64,000 nucleotides of DNA from the human T2T-CHM13v2.0 reference genome, Homo sapiens. The stretch lies in NCBI RefSeq assembly GCF_009914755.1, contig NC_060942.1; one strand, given 5' to 3'. Under the pieces are notes generated by a model. The model made no database searches. It saw nothing but the letters and a program-made list of their open reading frames with translations, and had not been told where the DNA came from. Shown here piece by piece: positions 62,931-64,000 of the stretch (its first letter is position 1; every line of letters begins with the position of its first letter). The position numbers and the translations under genes are program-made.

Positions 62931-63105
62931 ATGGGCATGGTGGTGCACACCTGTAGTCCCAGCTGCTTGGGAAGTTGAGTTGGGATGATCAGTTAAGCCC
63001 AAGAGTTCGAGGCTGTAGTGTGCCATGTTTGCACCTGTGAGTAGCCATTGCCCTCCAGCCTTGGCAATATAGCAAGACCCAGTCTCTAAAAAAAGAAATA
63101 AGAAA
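62931..63105 (+). mobile_element. FAM (fossil Alu monomer)
   Basis: Single monomer with the FAM-specific GGCTGTAGTG...CACCTGTGAGTAGCCATTGC segment and an A tail. Confidence 0.8.
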
Positions 63106-64000
63106 AGCTTAGCATTTAATTTTTTCAAGTACTTTGGAGAATGCAATAAGAATTGTCAATTTTATGCTAAAATTTATCATATGGAAGTTCTTACGGTGTT
63201 GATTTGGTTGCAGCACAACTTTTTATTTATGAAAAAGGAATTTACTCTTTGAAATGGTAAGATTTTGGGACCAACAGCATGAAATGGATATAATGGAAAA
63301 TGTTCTTTTATTGCTGTTGGGTGCATTCTCTTGCACATTCTGTAATTTTGACATAGGCTACTGTGATTAGAAATTACATCATTTGTGTGATGGAAAAATA
63401 TAGAGAACTAGAGGCAGTCTGAACTAAATTACTGCTCCATGAAACCAAAGGGGCCTGAGATGACTTAGACACCATCCTTCTTGAGGATGGGGAATGAATC
63501 AGTGATCAGCTGAGCCTTCTGGTGGTGTGATTCAGACATTATTTAGCTGGGGTTCTGAACCCAGGATCCATTAATGGAGTTAAACTTTCTTTTAAAATAT
63601 ATTCCAAAATCATTTTACAGAGATTTATTCTCATTCTCCTCAATGTGCAGTTTGGTCGGCACTGAGGGCAAGGGCTTGTGCTGTTAGATGAAGATAGATG
63701 TGCTGTGACCATTCATTGAGTCCTCTGGCAGCTTAGGGTGGACCTTGTGCCCCAGGGCTGTCTCCAGTGTCACCAACACTCATCTTCAAGGAGGTTCTGC
63801 TCTGGAACCTGTTGTCAACACAGAGGTTCCAATTTGATTTAATTGGATGCCTGAAGGGAAATGAATGGAGAGAGGTGCTTGTTTCCACCCCATTTCTATG
63901 CCTGTTTGACATGTTGGTCATAAACAGGATCGATGGGCAGATTCAAGTTGTTGGACTATTACACTGTGGCAAAGATGCCTGGTACAGCATTGCAGAGGGC

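Noticed and set aside
62931-63105. 7SL RNA gene or pseudogene
   Set aside because: Lacks the 7SL S domain; matches FAM

Overview
This is primate, probably human, genomic DNA. It carries AluJ/S/Y, L1PA4, L1PA8 and MER85 elements. I find no supportable host protein-coding exon and cannot name a gene. Nearly all L1s and most LTRs lie on the minus strand, which suggests an intron of a + strand gene. The first ~37 kb is mostly unique sequence with scattered Alus and four DNA transposons: a complete MER85 piggyBac MITE, a near-full-length Tigger2, a Tigger4b and a MER96B-like fragment. It also holds two minisatellites (23-bp and ~15-bp units), three ERV1 solo LTRs and several short CpG-retaining patches that may be regulatory. 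The last ~27 kb is a nested stack of LINE-1s: old L1ME, L1MC1, and an L1MB interrupted by a full-length L1PA4-like element and a twin-primed, 5'-inverted L1PA8. The only real coding signal in the ORF track is broken L1 ORF1/ORF2 and Tigger2 transposase. I see no evidence of a new biological system. The most interesting items are mechanistic and regulatory: a templated-insertion deletion scar, a YY1-mutant full-length L1 whose antisense promoter points along the inferred host direction, and an intact MER85. Repeat subfamily calls come from recalled consensus sequences, not a RepeatMasker run.
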